Made by a program: the position numbers and the translations under genes. A stretch of DNA of 64,000 nt from Trichosphaerium sp. ATCC 40318. Lineage: Eukaryota; Protista; Tubulinea. The notes under the pieces were generated by a model. It was not told the DNA's origin. It did not search any database and saw only the letters and a program-made list of their open reading frames with translations. Shown piece after piece: positions 24,844-38,302 of the stretch. Position 1 is the stretch's first letter; each line of letters begins with the position of its first letter. The stretch covers positions 1 through 64,000 of the forward strand of contig JALMLS010000057.1 in the NCBI GenBank assembly GCA_038496445.1, given 5' to 3'.

Positions 24844-25288
24844 TGCTTGTACGTGTGTTGTATTATTAACTTGTAATAAATAGGTGGCACAAAACCCCGA
24901 TTGTTCAGTGAACTACTTTAACAGCAATCATGTTTGACGTCTCTCGTAGATGACAACCCTCCTGATTGTACCATTATTCACGCTTCACGCGTGTTACTAG
25001 TTGCAACAACCATCGAGATATACAAACAGAAGTAAAGGAGAACAAAGAAAGACATGATAATTAAGAACTTTTTTTTTGCTTGAAACTTATTATTCTAATT
25101 GTTTTTTTCAAAGTAATATATTGGCTCCTGAACAGAAGGAAAAACTACGTTTAATATCCGTAGAGCGCCACCCAAGAAGCCGTAATGTGCACGCACAGAA
25201 GAAGAAAAAAAAGAGAAAACACAAGGCGAGAAAAAGAGATGAGAGAAAAATAGTAAAAATCAATTTTGTTTCTTTCATGATAACATAC

Positions 25289-25838
25289 CCAACGCAGTGA
25301 CCCTTTTTATGTTCAGATTTAAGTGCCAACAATGCATCAATTTGGTCAATACCAGAGTTAACAGCAAGAGTCTTTGGGATAGCCAAGAGAGCATCTGCAA
25401 GGCATTCTACACCAAGACGTTTACGGCCTTCTACAGATGAAGCAAATTCATGCAAGAAAGCAGAACATGCCATTTCAAAAGCACCACCACCCCAAAAAAC
25501 CGGCGAGTCAGAATCGAGCGAGTACAGTTCACCGAACAGCGAAATAAAGAAACATTTCATTAAAAAAAACAACAAAATTGATTGATTTTGAAAATGTTCA
25601 AGAAAGAAGGCGTACAGGGACAACACATTTATCATCAATGGTGTTTTTAACAGCACGAAGACCATCACGGATAGCATCCTTAATTTGATAGATAGTATGC
25701 TTGTTAGGACCTAGAGAGAAAGTCAAAAAAAATCCTTTTAAATAAAATGCGAAAAAACCAGAATACTTCAAGCTTTGTACCTTTAATCAAGATACTGCAA
25801 GAGTTTGGATTTTTGACGTCCTTTACAAAAGTGTATTT
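25289..25838 (-). pseudogene. CCT6: CCT6 (chaperonin zeta) internal fragment retaining introns
   Basis: [42 protein letters not shown]...VVPGGGAFE...LLAIPKTLAVNSG. No N-terminal or C-terminal CCT exons flank it, and the acceptor at 25492-25493 is GG instead of AG. Confidence 0.8.
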
Positions 25839-26075
25839 AGCAATCCACTGTACATTACCAGCGTCTTTTACTAAATGTGACCTGGATTTGGGTGAATCTA
25901 ATAAACTAGCGCTTGATCTACCATCTAATAAGCATCTAAACTTCATTGTGAGTACGATTTTAAACGCTGAAGGCGGTTGACACTAAAAAAACCGTTAAGA
26001 AACGATTTTTTGTTCTATTGTACGTCCAAATATGAGACCACGCTAAAATCGTTTAGTAGTAGTATCAAGATAAAC

Positions 26076-27696
26076 ATGGAAACGCCAGTATTGAATAAAG
26101 TGGTTGTTATCCCTCATGATACGTCTACAGAGCCATACGAAGTAGAAATATGTATGGAAACCAAAATAATAGAGCACGTGAACACTACACGGTCCAAAAA
26201 AACCTGACTGTCCAAAACAGCATTTGTGAAGCACTTGATTGTGACATGTTAGTGGAACTAAGCGATGACAACGTACATTGAATTATACGAAGTACAAGCA
26301 GAAAGTTGACATTTGTTTACTTAGACACCCTTCGAGATATATGCAAACATGAGGCTCAATGAGATACCAGAAGATGATGCCACCAGATCTGCTCCTATCA
26401 ATAAGAGAGGTCAGCAATAGAAAATGCACAATGGTTTTTTTTTAATCATACTTTACTTGTCACTACTACCTTTCTACTAAGCTTTAAACTCCAGCAACTG
26501 CCTACTTGAATACATTTACAACCGACAAAACAGATGTTAGAGGCAACGCGTTGTTAACAAGATTAGATTACGACAATAAGTAAGATGGTGGGGGTTTTTT
26601 TGAGTTAACAATTTGTTTAGTACGCCGGATGATTTTACACTTTCTGACATGTCTAATGTTCCTTGCCGTCCTGACTTTCTTGAACAAACTACGTTATTAC
26701 TAAAAGGCTGTCCAGGTATCTATGGATTAGATTGGCCCAAGGAAGTAAGTACACCTAAGGCTCTATTGAACATGTGGTGTCAAAAAACAAAAGCTAAATG
26801 CAGCTTTGTTATTGATCCTAGTACTGCTTCAAAACCTCCTTCTTTTCGATACACCTGTACTATAAAAAGTGGAAAAGGTTCAATATTAGTTTCCCAAAAG
26901 CCCGAACCTACGTACAGTACTAAAAAGATGGCACAACACAACGCAGCATTAGCAGTTTTGAGGTACAAGTGTTTTAGTTTGAAACCTAATAAAGTTGTTT
27001 TAATTAAAAGTAGGGTGATATTTCATCTTGATGAACAACCACAAGGCTTGGATGATTCTCCACGTGTAGAAGAGATTAAGAATGTTCCTCTTCTTCCTGA
27101 GCAACAAATAAAGGAATTTCTGACGGACATATCCAATGCATTAACTCAAAGACAGACAGGGAACATTAAAGCAGCTTTAAAAATGCTGAACATTGTACGA
27201 AAATTCTTGTTTGTTTTGCAACAGACCAGTAAAACTGAATAGGTGGAATCCAAGGTGTACACCCTACGGAAACACCTAAAGTCTGATAAACAAAACATAA
27301 ACATAGAATTATTATCACGTGTCGAGAAGATTATGAATGAGATGTGGGTTGAGAAGGCAGATATTTTTTTCGAGAAAGAAGATGATACAAAAGCAAAACA
27401 GTACTGCCAAAAGGTACAACTTTGCCCCTATACTTCGCTGTGTAAACTGTTTGTTTCTTTAGGCATTAGATAAACTAGAGAAGGGTGATAATGAATACTT
27501 GAGAGCAACACTGATTATGGCTCAATGTCACTTGAGATTCGGGAGTACCGAAAAAGCTTCTAAGTTTCTAGCTGTTGCAAAGAATCTGGACAGGAAGAAT
27601 AAACAAGTAAAGGATCTAGAAGAGAAAATAAGAGCAAGAATACATAAGGATAAAAAGCACGTGTCACTACCAGGTTTGCGCGGTATTTTTTCGTAG
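26076..27696 (+). CDS. dsRNA-binding-motif plus TPR-like protein, multi-exon
   Basis: dsRBD signature TPKALLNMWCQK...FRYTCTI...STKKMAQHNAALAVL. C-terminal TPR-like helices RATLIMAQCHLRFGSTEKASKFLAVAKNLDRKNKQV. Confidence 0.75.
26174..26220 (+). other. GC-AG intron
   Basis: The GCACGT donor gives in-frame KIIDICEALDC. The nearby GT donor at 26178 leads to an immediate TGA. Confidence 0.55.
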
Positions 27697-28121
27697 AAAG
27701 AAATTATAGAGATTGTTCAATTGCAAAATAAATAAATCACATACACTTCCAATTGAGATCTCTTATCCAGATGTTTTGCCCACTAAGTAGTACATAATAA
27801 GAAAACAAACAAATGCAGCGTGCACGTGATGCAACTCCTCCAAAAATAGTATTTTATTGCCGCAAACTATTGTTAACAACAAGTGTTGTCAATACATTAG
27901 TACCAGTATACCGAGAAATCAAGTTCTGTTACACTTTAGTATTTTTTCTTTCTGTTTTGAACTGACAAGTTCTGAAAGCAAATGTTTAACAATATCATGT
28001 GGTACTTATAAAAAAAACGTGGTTTGTGGGTTTGTACAACTTTATTATGTTACAAGAACACGGTGGCCAGAAATGAAAAAGAAAAAAACAAATAGGAGCC
28101 ATAAAAATGGGTTTAGCCTCC

Positions 28122-31100
28122 TTATGTTTTCATGCTTAATGATTTCTTTGATGTATTCTTAGACAAACGTCTAGATGATTTCGCTTCTTTCAACGACCTA
28201 CGTGACATTTTCTTGTCCCTCTTCGATTGTCTCTTGTTCGTCTCGCCACCACCCTTACTACTAACATCATCCAAGTCAAGCTTGAACTGCTCAATCAACC
28301 TAAACAACAAAAAACGTCAACAAAAGTCTCCAAGCTCGAGTTCTCTTCTGGTTTTTTGAAGAAAAAAGCAAACTAAGAAATAGCGCTTTTCTTCGCCTTA
28401 AAAGATCTCACGTACGTTCTTATCTTTCTGTGTGCTTTATCTAATTGCTCATACTCACTTGCTGCCTTATCAAAGTTACGCATAAACTCCTCTAAAGTAC
28501 CCAAGTAACTTTCCATACGGTGACAAGGTTCTTCAAGTATTTGAAGAATATCCTTCTCTCCACCACCGCTAGTCTCATACTCCTTAACAAAAATATCAGC
28601 ATCAACAGCAAAAAAACCCTCTCCCTCATCGCCAAAGGAGAAGGAAAAATTATTTCAAGGCGTACCTTGACAGCCATGTCAAATAAATTCTTTGTATCCT
28701 TAATATCCTTAAAAAGAGATACAGGATCTTGTTTATGAAAGTTAACCAAATAGTGCTTATATAATTTGAAGAAACCACCGTTAGCTTGAGCAAGGAATAC
28801 ATCTGATACTTCTTCAGAAGTATCCCATGTGCTAAGTTTTTGTTGAAGAGTAGGAAGAAAGCTTTCAGCGTGACACTTTGCAAGTGTTTCAACATTTGCA
28901 AAGATAACAATAATATCCGTTAAGTTGACGACTTGCTGAGAGTTAGGCAGCTTTGTAAATGTGCGCAGCCGTTGTACAAACTAAATAGAATTATAAGCAT
29001 AAAAAAGAAAATCTATAGCGAAACGAGAGGAAGAAATTGGAGCCCAAACGTACACCTGATACGAATTGTAAGTTGGCAACATAATTTTGCTCTTTTTGAA
29101 CAAGTTCCTCCATAATATGCTTTCTAATATGCGCTTTCTTAGCTGCAGTCTCTTCTACAGTATCTATAGTTGCAGCTAAACAATGTAATATTAGTATTAT
29201 TTTCATTGAGTTGGATCTATAACGCACCTTCAACTTCTTGTACACCGCCTTGCATCAAAGACTCATAAGTCTTTTTACGTTGTTCTTCAATAGCATTGAA
29301 CCAATTTGAGATAATTACTGGTTTTGGCGCATACACCAAGAGCTGTCCTGTAGGTGTCGTAATGACAATATGCTCTACTTCCTTTTCGACACCTAAAAAG
29401 TGGATCAGAGACGCAAACAAAAAAAAAAGACAAAAATAAAGAAAAAGAAAAAGACTTTAGCTTACCTTTCGTCAATTGGATTGCTGCTAAATTCACTGTG
29501 CCTTCAACCTTATACTTCTTCTTTCTCTTTTGCGCCTCTTTACTGTCTTTCGCAAACAACAGTTGATCATTAAGAAGCCAAACTGCACATACATGCGGTT
29601 TTGGTTTTCCCTTTTTTACAACACTTATTGATAGTACACCTTCTTTTACAAAGTAACGTCCTGGTTCATCCAAGTTCTATACAATAAGAATTTAGTTTGA
29701 TAATTAACACTAACTGTTGAGTAATTTATCTTACCGTTTGTAGTCCTTCCAGGCGCTCTGAAAGCTCCTTGAGTTTTCCAGCACTTTCAGCTCCCTTTTT
29801 AGATTTGTTAATGTAATTAGCAAAAACCTCCATCTTTGAGTGAGCTGTCTTGAGGTTGTTGTAATCATCATGAATGGCTGGTGTGTTTTTAATCAAATCC
29901 TGATAATAACATATTAGAATCAAACCAAAACAACAACTGATAAAAGCCAAAGAAAACCCCAGCACAATTGCGCTGTTGCCAACGACGCGGGCTTATATAG
30001 GAAAAAAAGACGTACAGCGAGTAACATGACGTAACGTGGAATACGTTGAACAGGCATGATCAAGTAAGAATTTAAAAACAACCCTTTGAGTAATGGTGTG
30101 CCTTCTTTTTCCTAATAACAAAGTAAGCATCACACATCTTTTTTTTTCAACAGATAACAGTACCTTCAAAAACGAAGCAAATTTTTTGTGGTCCTTCTTA
30201 CGCTTTTCTAGCGTAGCCAAGGCAGTATCGAAATTATTTACATAGTACGTGTACAGTTTGATAAATCGCGTCTAAAATAATCAGACATATCCTTAAACTC
30301 CAAAAAAGAAAATGAAAATATCCCAAAAAAAATAAAAATTGTTCAAAATAAAAATCAAACGTCACGTACACTCTCGGCAAAGATATCACCTATTTTTGCA
30401 TCATCGTTCCACGATGCAACACGCTCAGTAATGGCCACTATTAAACCTTCATGGCACTTTAATATAACTTGCCAGTTACTAAAAATATCCAAGATGTCTT
30501 GTAGTCCTAGTAGCGCCTTTTCTTTGAGTTTTAGATCAGATTCACGCAAAGGTTGTACAAACTCCTATTCTCCAAATTAATATACCACCGCTTAACTCTA
30601 AATATATTTGACTTACTTCATAAATAAGCTTAAGCGACTCCATGTACGATTTTTCTGTAGCAAGAATTTCACCTGCAATACGCTTTCTAATTACAGATTA
30701 ACATAAAATAAAATTCAATTAAAAATTGCAAGTAAAAACGGAAGAAATATCCATAATTAAACAAGGAATATCCACATTCTATCCATAAAACAAAACCTAA
30801 AATTACCTCTGTGCGCGCTGTTTATCAGTGATAGGAACAGCTTCCACTCCAACAGCATGTGCTCTAGTTCTTGTGTGCGTTCCATCTGGTTGTTGAGCAG
30901 CAGGCAGGCCAGGTAATACTGTATTTTTGTAGTAATCGAGAAACCACGTGTGGTAGTTCTCCTCAGCAAATTCAAATGAATTGTCAGTGCAATACTGTCT
31001 GTAGTATGGTCTATAGTATTCGTAATACGCCTGTTGATCATACTGGTCCGCACTCGCAGCAGGTTCTGTACCAGGCGCTGCGGTAGGTGCTGTAGTTGCT

Positions 31101-31741
31101 GCGGGTACAGTCTGTGTAGACTGTACTGGTTGTGTTTCTACTGGTGCTGGCTGCTCTGCGAGCGGAGGCGGTGTTTGAGTTATAGGCGGTGGCGTTTGCA
31201 TGACTGAAGGTGGTGTTTGAGTGGCTATTGGCGGTGGTGTTTGCGAGATTGGAGGCGGCGTGTGGGTAGCTATTGGTGGCAGCGTATGAGCAGCTATTGG
31301 TGCAGGCGTTGGAGTAGCGACCGGCGCCGGCTGAGGAACCTACACATACATGAGTCGATTGATATAATAGAACCATCATACTTGAGCCTGTTCACGCGCT
31401 GCAGCGGCCTCAGCTTGTACAAGCGCTTGATATTTTACAAGCTCCGCATTTTGTTCTTGATAGTACTGATAATATTGTACGTATTGAGGATCGCTTGGAT
31501 CCATCTGTTGTAATTGCAGTGTCACTTCAGTGACTTGCTGCTGGTAGTACTGTTGACAGTATAGATTGTAATTTGGGTCATTTGGATCCCATTGATTCCC
31601 ATCCTTTGAAGGAAGTCAGTCAGGATTTATTGCAAAACTGGATAAATTCAAAATAAATGCCAGAAAAAAACAATTCGTAAAGATTGAACCGTATCAAAAA
31701 CCATTAAATTGCTGGCGTACCGTTTGGGTGTTTTCTGCCAT
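28122..31741 (-). CDS. Dbl-family RhoGEF: Gln/Tyr- and Pro-rich N-terminus, DH-PH, then a second degenerate DH
   Basis: RIAGEILATEKSY, IFSNWQVILKCH, LIMPVQRIPRY, DLIKNTP..HDDY and PH segment RYFVKEG...VWLLNDQLL. Second DH-like block starts HIMEELVQKEQNYV. Confidence 0.85.
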
Positions 31742-32353
31742 TTTTGTTTAATTGGCACTATTGCACAAGAATTACGATGATCAGTATTGACAGCGACGAC
31801 AATAGGCCGCCGTAGTAACGTACGTTGCTTTACTTTTGATGTATAAAACGCGAAGAGAGTATATTTGGTGTTCGTTTCACCACTGATGCCAAATGTATCG
31901 TGTGCACAGTCTATACTTGGTGCTGATCTGTTAAGTTGCTCCAAAGTTGCTGTAATTAATCGTAAGTAAGGATTCTTTGACTATAGCGCGCATTTTAGTT
32001 CAAACAGTGCAGTTTTAACGACGAACAGCACATTAGGGAGATCCCGTGAAAAAAGCCCAAAACAGCATCAAAAATTGAACCCAACGTACGTCTTGATGCC
32101 TTGGTTATATTGCAACAATCAATACAAAGTAAACACCTAAACTATTTTATGGTCAGCAAAGTAGGGTTACGAAAAAGGAGTTAGGGCGTTGAAACGCCAT
32201 TCTCCATGTGTGCTTGCCTTTTTCTCTATGTCGGAGCTTAAATACCAAATGACGCCATTTGACTTAGCTGCTTTTTGGTAACTTGTTGCGAGCACTCTGT
32301 TTCAGTGACTCCGGGCCTGTTTGCAGTGTAGACGCATAAAGTTGGATAATATT

Positions 32354-33633
32354 ATGGAGAAAGATACACTTATCCATTCCGAAAGCACTGATGGTACAAG
32401 GGCGTGTAATAGTACTATCATGTAGCTTATTAGCGTAGAGGAAGAGTGGAAAGCCAATTTTCACAAGTACAAGCATCGGGCTGCTTTATTCGCTTTAGCG
32501 ATAGTCTCGTATGCTATTGGTGCAACGTCAATTCCGTTTGGCTTCTTTATTTTTCTGGCTATCGTAGCTTTGTACGCAGTATACTCGTGTTGCATTACAT
32601 AATCATTTGTATGCTTACTGTTCCATGTAGAGCGCTGTTTATACGTAGACAAGACCAACTCACTTCAAAGATCGAAACAGCAGTAGAACCAATGTGGGTT
32701 AAAGCAATGGACAAAGTGCGCGACGCCAAAAGAAAGCATGAAACGTGTTATTTTATTCTCAAATTATATCGCTTACCACGCATTAGATCGATATGGGCAA
32801 TGACCAAATCAACGCAATATTCCAAAGTATCCTCAAAGAAGAAGCGAAGGGTGCAACCACCAACACTGAAGAAACAAGCCACAAACATCACAAAAAAAGT
32901 AGCACTAGTTCTTCATCACACAGCACCTCTGGGAGTCACAAAAAGCATAGTCACAAGCACAAGAAAAAGGAGAAGCCTGTTCCTAGACCAAAACCTTCTG
33001 GAATCATTAAGGTACAGCTCAACCATCGATCTTTGTATTTTTTTTCTAGCTTCAAATATTAAAACTAACTGAACACCAAGATAACGCTCCTCCACGCAGA
33101 AGATCTTAAAGTGGCAGATATGACACGTTCTGATCCTTATGTACGTGTTATGATGCATATGTTTATCGGTTGCTGATACAGTAATAGGTCATTATGAGCT
33201 TTCAAGGAGATGAGCAGAAATCTGAAGTATACAAGAGGAAGTTGACTTTTGACTTTAAGAAAGATGAACCATTTGCATTTGATGTAAGTCCTGAAAATGA
33301 AGATTATAATTTGGAATTCAAAGTAAAGGATTGGGATGCTATGGGAAAGCATGATAACCTAGGATCGTACGTGTTTGTTTTCTTCTGTTTACCCGATTTT
33401 ATTTTCAGTTTTCTGTGTTTTTTGGCAGTGTTTAACTTAATTTCCTTAGCGCTTCACTTGATATGACAGCCTTGGTAAACTCTCTTGGTCACTCTCAAGA
33501 GGTTGCTATAACACTAGAGAATGTAAAGAAGGGTGTTTTAACCGTGAATATCGAGTATATTCCTGATAGTGTACAAAAAAAACCAGCCTCAGAATCAAGC
33601 GGTTTGAGGAAGAGGACAAAAAGTAGTAAATAG
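32354..33633 (+). CDS. Membrane-anchored C2-domain protein
   Basis: N-terminal hydrophobic hairpin (AALFALAIVSYAIGATSIPFGFFIFLAIVAL), His/Ser-rich linker, then C2 motifs AEDLKVADMTRSDPYV...KVKDWDAMGKHDNLG. Confidence 0.8.
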
Positions 33634-33946
33634 CTACAAGGCTGTTACATAAAAATTTTTACCTAAACACGCAACGCGCAAGATATTGCTAGTGTCACAA
33701 ATCCGTTTATTTGGGAAGTTCCCAAAAAAAGGGGTCAGACGTCAAAAGTTTTGCTCTTCCTCTCCTTTCGTTTGTACTTCTTAGTACGAGCCAACCGTTG
33801 GCCGAAAAAAGATTTATATTTAGCTACAAGACAGGCACTTACGCGTTCATATTAGTTGATCGTTTCGTTGTTTTTTTTTTTTACAGTTGGTAGGTAGTGT
33901 ACAAGAGAATTCTAAATCCACAATCTTGTGCTTCTTATTTTTTTTT

Positions 33947-35215
33947 CTATGTTTTCTTTCCTCTTAGTTGGTCTGTGAGCCACGAGAGGCCTTCACTTAA
34001 ACCTAGTACGTGCGTTCAGTAACGCAACGTAGCTTTAGGAATAAAAACACTTACCATCACCTGTAAGTCCGCACGTGTGCTGAACGTAACACGGCTTTTT
34101 TCTACCAAGGATACCCAAATCAAGGCCGTCACTAGCACGTGATAAACGTTAGAATTCCAATGTGCCTATCACTATTCGCGTACGTGATTTCTTCTAATTC
34201 TAAATGCGAGCCAACATCGCTCTTATTTGCAAGGACAAGAAGATGAGCGCCTGAAAAATATCAGGAGCTGTTTTATTGCGCCAAACCAAATAAATACCTT
34301 TGAGTTCATTCTCAGCCAATAACCTGTGAAGCTCTACCCTAGACTCTTCCAAACGCGAGCGATCGCTTCCATCCAATACCCATATGATAGCGTCTGTGCC
34401 CATAAAATAGCAGTGCTATGTTAAGGAAAAAAGGAAAACGAAAAAAGGGTGCTAGTTATTTCAAATAAATTATCGCAATCTCAAAAGGGATACTGTCTCC
34501 ACCTATTTCAAAAAGTTAGCTCCTTGAAGTATGAACGAGAAAAAACCCTCAAAGATTAAGCTAATACAAATACTGCAATTCTTTATAAAAATAAAGGGCG
34601 TACAAGGGTCGTATTTTGTCCTACAAGCAAAAGAAGTTAGATAATTTTTTTTTGCACTTTCGGAGGTTTGTACCTGGCCACCAACATCCCATACTGTGAG
34701 AGAAAGTGAATTGAACTTTACTTTTTCAACATTGAAACCAACCTACAAAAGCGCAAAAAAACTCAGCGAAGAAAATAAAAAATCAGTGAACTACCGCTTC
34801 AAAACACGTTTTTTTTATATTCATAATTATCTCCTGCATTATCACGTACTGTTGGTATCGTTTCTGTGTAATCGCGTAACTTCATTCTGTACAAAATAGC
34901 TATGAAAATTTCTTAGCTGTTTTACACCAATAGGGATAATAGAGAATGACATGTATCCATTGTTTTTTGCTTTTCGAGCGCAAAGTATGATTTGTTTGTT
35001 TTTTGTTTTTCTCGCCAATACGTACTTGTTTTGCCTGTTTATTGGTTAGAATAATACGTCAGCGCTAGCCCGAAAACGTACCGCTATTATCAAGACCAAG
35101 CATAAGAACTCTAACCTGAAAAAAAGGGTAAACAAAGTAGGATGGCTCATTGAGGAAAGTAATAATTACATACAGCCTCTTTTGATTTGAACAATTTTTT
35201 CCATGCGCCACCCAT
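33947..35215 (-). CDS. Arf/Arl small GTPase with two 9-nt microexons
   Basis: MG start, LMLGLDNSGKT, TIPTVGFNVE, WDVGGQDKIRPLWRHY, LANKSD and TCGLTGDGL. Microexons at 35026-35034 and 34494-34502. Confidence 0.9.
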
Positions 35216-35448
35216 CTGTGTATTATTTATTGCTTCTAACGGAAAAAGTGATATAATGTAGTTCACATATTCTTTGACCCATTGTTTTTCCACCAAATCA
35301 TATCACAATAGCATGGTATAATATCGTAGATAACGTAGGGCTACTTTATAATTTCTTTTAAACTGTGCTATCGAATTTACCGGCCAAAATCCTTCAAAAT
35401 ACTTGACTAGTTGGTAGAGAAAACATAACTCATCGCATTTGAAGTACA

Positions 35449-37823
35449 ATGGTACGTTTAATTTTATAGTGTAAAGTAATTTGTAATGGCATGTTTCGTG
35501 TCTTTAAAAAACCGACATGGCGCTTGTCGTCGCTTCCGAATGGCTTATAAAATGCGTTGGTGAATAATATAACGCTACAGCTGCTTCTAAGCAGTAAATC
35601 ACTAACATTAAAACGATGTGTCGCATTATTTTGTTTTTTTATTTAAATGTAAAACCCAAAACGCCTTGGCTGTTAACGTTGGCGATAAACAGCTAAAACA
35701 GAGCCTAATTTTTGATTGGTATTATTGCCAAAAGCTCACTTTGTACTAGTCGACAATTTCCGTTGCCTCACTTGCGCCAGCAGATAAAGAAGGTTGGTTG
35801 ACTAAGCAGGGAGGAAGCTGGAAGAGCTGGAAAAGACGCTGGATCGTTTTAAAAGGTGAAACATTGTTTTACTTCAAAACAAGAAAGGTATGCGCATGGT
35901 ACAAGCAGTTTTGAACAGTGCTGCGTTAAAATCACATTTGTAATTAAATCACGTTTGCTAACGGAAGCTCCAAATAGGATAAAGACGTTACTGGCACCAT
36001 AGAGTTAACAAAGGATAGCTTTACAAAGAAAGACGATAAAAAAAAATATTGCTTTGCCGTTGGTACAGAAAAGCGCGTTTTCTTTATGTTTCCAGATACG
36101 CAAATTGAACAAGATGAGTGGATGAACACGATCGGTCAGGTAAACCGATAACTTACTAGATCATAATTTCTGTTTTAGATTTTTTTTTTTTCGCTTTTTT
36201 TTTTCCTGTTTTTTTTTGGTTGCGACGTTTACGTCTATTGGTTTAAAAACACGTCATTTCTTTTATAGCGCGTTTGATTAAATTCCTCGTGTAGGTAATC
36301 GACAACTTAAGAAAGCCAAGCAGCGGTCCTGGTGCAGGCGCAATTGCAAAAGGAGGAAGCCCTGAACCCCAACCAACTCCTACTGCCACTGCGTCAGGTA
36401 ATACAGAACTTCTTTTTTTGCTATTAAAGCTCGTTTTAACGTTTTTTGTCTTCGCAGGTCCAATCGCAAAGTTGCGAGCAGCTGTTCAAGTGGTACGTTT
36501 CTTTTCTTCTTTTTTTGATTTGTTTTTGGATTTCTTGATTATACTTGGTTCGTCTTATTGATATCACGTGTAGGTTCCATTCTTACAAGTTGCTGATAGC
36601 AAACCTCTCGAGTTTTGGGAAATCTGGCAGGTGCGCTAGTTCCTCGGAGACTTTTTTTTCCTAATGTCGACATTTAAGGAAAGCATTCCAGAGGAATCTT
36701 GCGTATTCAAAGTCGCTGTAACACTCGATTTATCACAATTATCTTGGCGTTGTGTTGGTACGATATTATTATTACCGGGTTTTTGCCCGCCGTTGTCCGT
36801 TTTTTAATGTTTTTTTTTAAGGACCTCAAAACAAACTTATTCAAAAGATGGTTGATTTCTTCTGGAATGTGGGCGCTCCAGAAACAGAGATTGATCGCTT
36901 GAATGATGTTGGTACCTTGATTAACCCACTACAAATCGGTAGTTGGATTGATATGTCCGCCAAAGGAGGTATGCGAGCTTCATGTGTTTTCTTTTTCATC
37001 GTTTCGGTGAATACGTTTTGATAACACTTTGTAAAGGTATGGACGGTGGTTGGTTCTTCCCTTGCGAATTACCACTTAAATTATCGCTTGAAGCCAGTGA
37101 CCCTGGTGAAGCCACAAAGAAGGTTTCTGAATGGGCGCAAAGTACGTACACGTGAAGTATTTTAATTGTTTATATTAAAAACTTAACCTAGGTCATGGTT
37201 TTGATGCTGCTGTTTGTGTTGGTCGTGATATGGGTGCTGCACCACCTAGGCAAACTCAATTCATCGTACGCAAACTATTAATCTTTCTGCAGACTCACGT
37301 GAACACCTTAGTTTGATATGCTCGAGCCTGAATTCGAAAAACAATTGCAAACAGCAATGTCTGCTTATGATGCCTTCGGCTTCCCTCATCCACCTCAAGA
37401 AGCTATGGATGTAATTCGCACATGTCCTACAGAGTCTAAACTATCTCTAACTGTTATTTGCTCTTCCGAGGGCTTCGTAAAGTTGGGTATGATCACACCT
37501 CCTCCAGACGCCAAGTACGACCTTTTTTATTTAAGTATCCTTCTTTTTTACTTATCTTGTTAATAGTGTCCGCGAACGACTTTGCGCTATGAGCAGTGGT
37601 GGTAACCAAGAGCTCTTGCAGAAATTCGAAAAAGCATTGGGCGCTGACGGTATTGAATTTGTAGAGTACAAGTATCTCGCAAAATCCTTTGGTTATGGTG
37701 TATACAAGGAAGGTTCGTTACTGTTAACAGTAATTTTTTTTTTCATTTTGATTCGTCTGTAATTGACACGTGGTTTTTTTTAATTTAGGATTCGACGTCG
37801 TGTTTCACTACACCTTGGGTTGA
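35449..37823 (+). CDS. PH-domain protein with uncharacterised globular C-terminal domain, multi-exon
   Basis: ATG-only first exon; KEGWLTKQGGSWKSWKRRWIVL...QDEWM. The C-terminal domain includes DFFWNVGAP, GMDGGWFF and VGRDMGAAPPRQT. Confidence 0.85.
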
Positions 37824-38302
37824 TCGGGCAGCATCAAATTTTACTACAACTTCGCTTTGTAGGTGTAAACTAGGACTTTTTCTATTGCATTTATGTAACA
37901 AAATCTATTAAATTTTTGTTCAAACTTGTCTCAGCGTAATGTGTGTATGGTGACTATTTTTTTTTGGGTCAAATTAAGGTGGTCACTGTATTGGTTTGGC
38001 GGAAATGTTTGGTTGACGTTGTTTTCTCTGTTTTGTTAAAACTTCATAAGATACGCTCGGAACGCTGGTAATTGTATTGCAATAAGGGTTTATTGTAGCT
38101 TTATGCAAGCGTTTATTAAAAGTCATTGGTGGCCCTTTGTGTCGCTTTTATACGCATAGGTACTTACTGCATAGTGTTTACGGCTCGTTTGACCATGTTT
38201 GAAGGATTTTTTTTCAATTCCACAAAAGCGCGTTTCGAAGAAAAAACGTGACACTTACTTTGACCGACACTCATAAAACTACGATTACAACAACGAAACA
38301 CC

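Noticed and set aside
35452-35749. Long first intron of the PH gene as a possible ncRNA host
   Set aside because: No recognisable boxes, rRNA antisense element or strong structure by eye. A covariance-model search would be needed.
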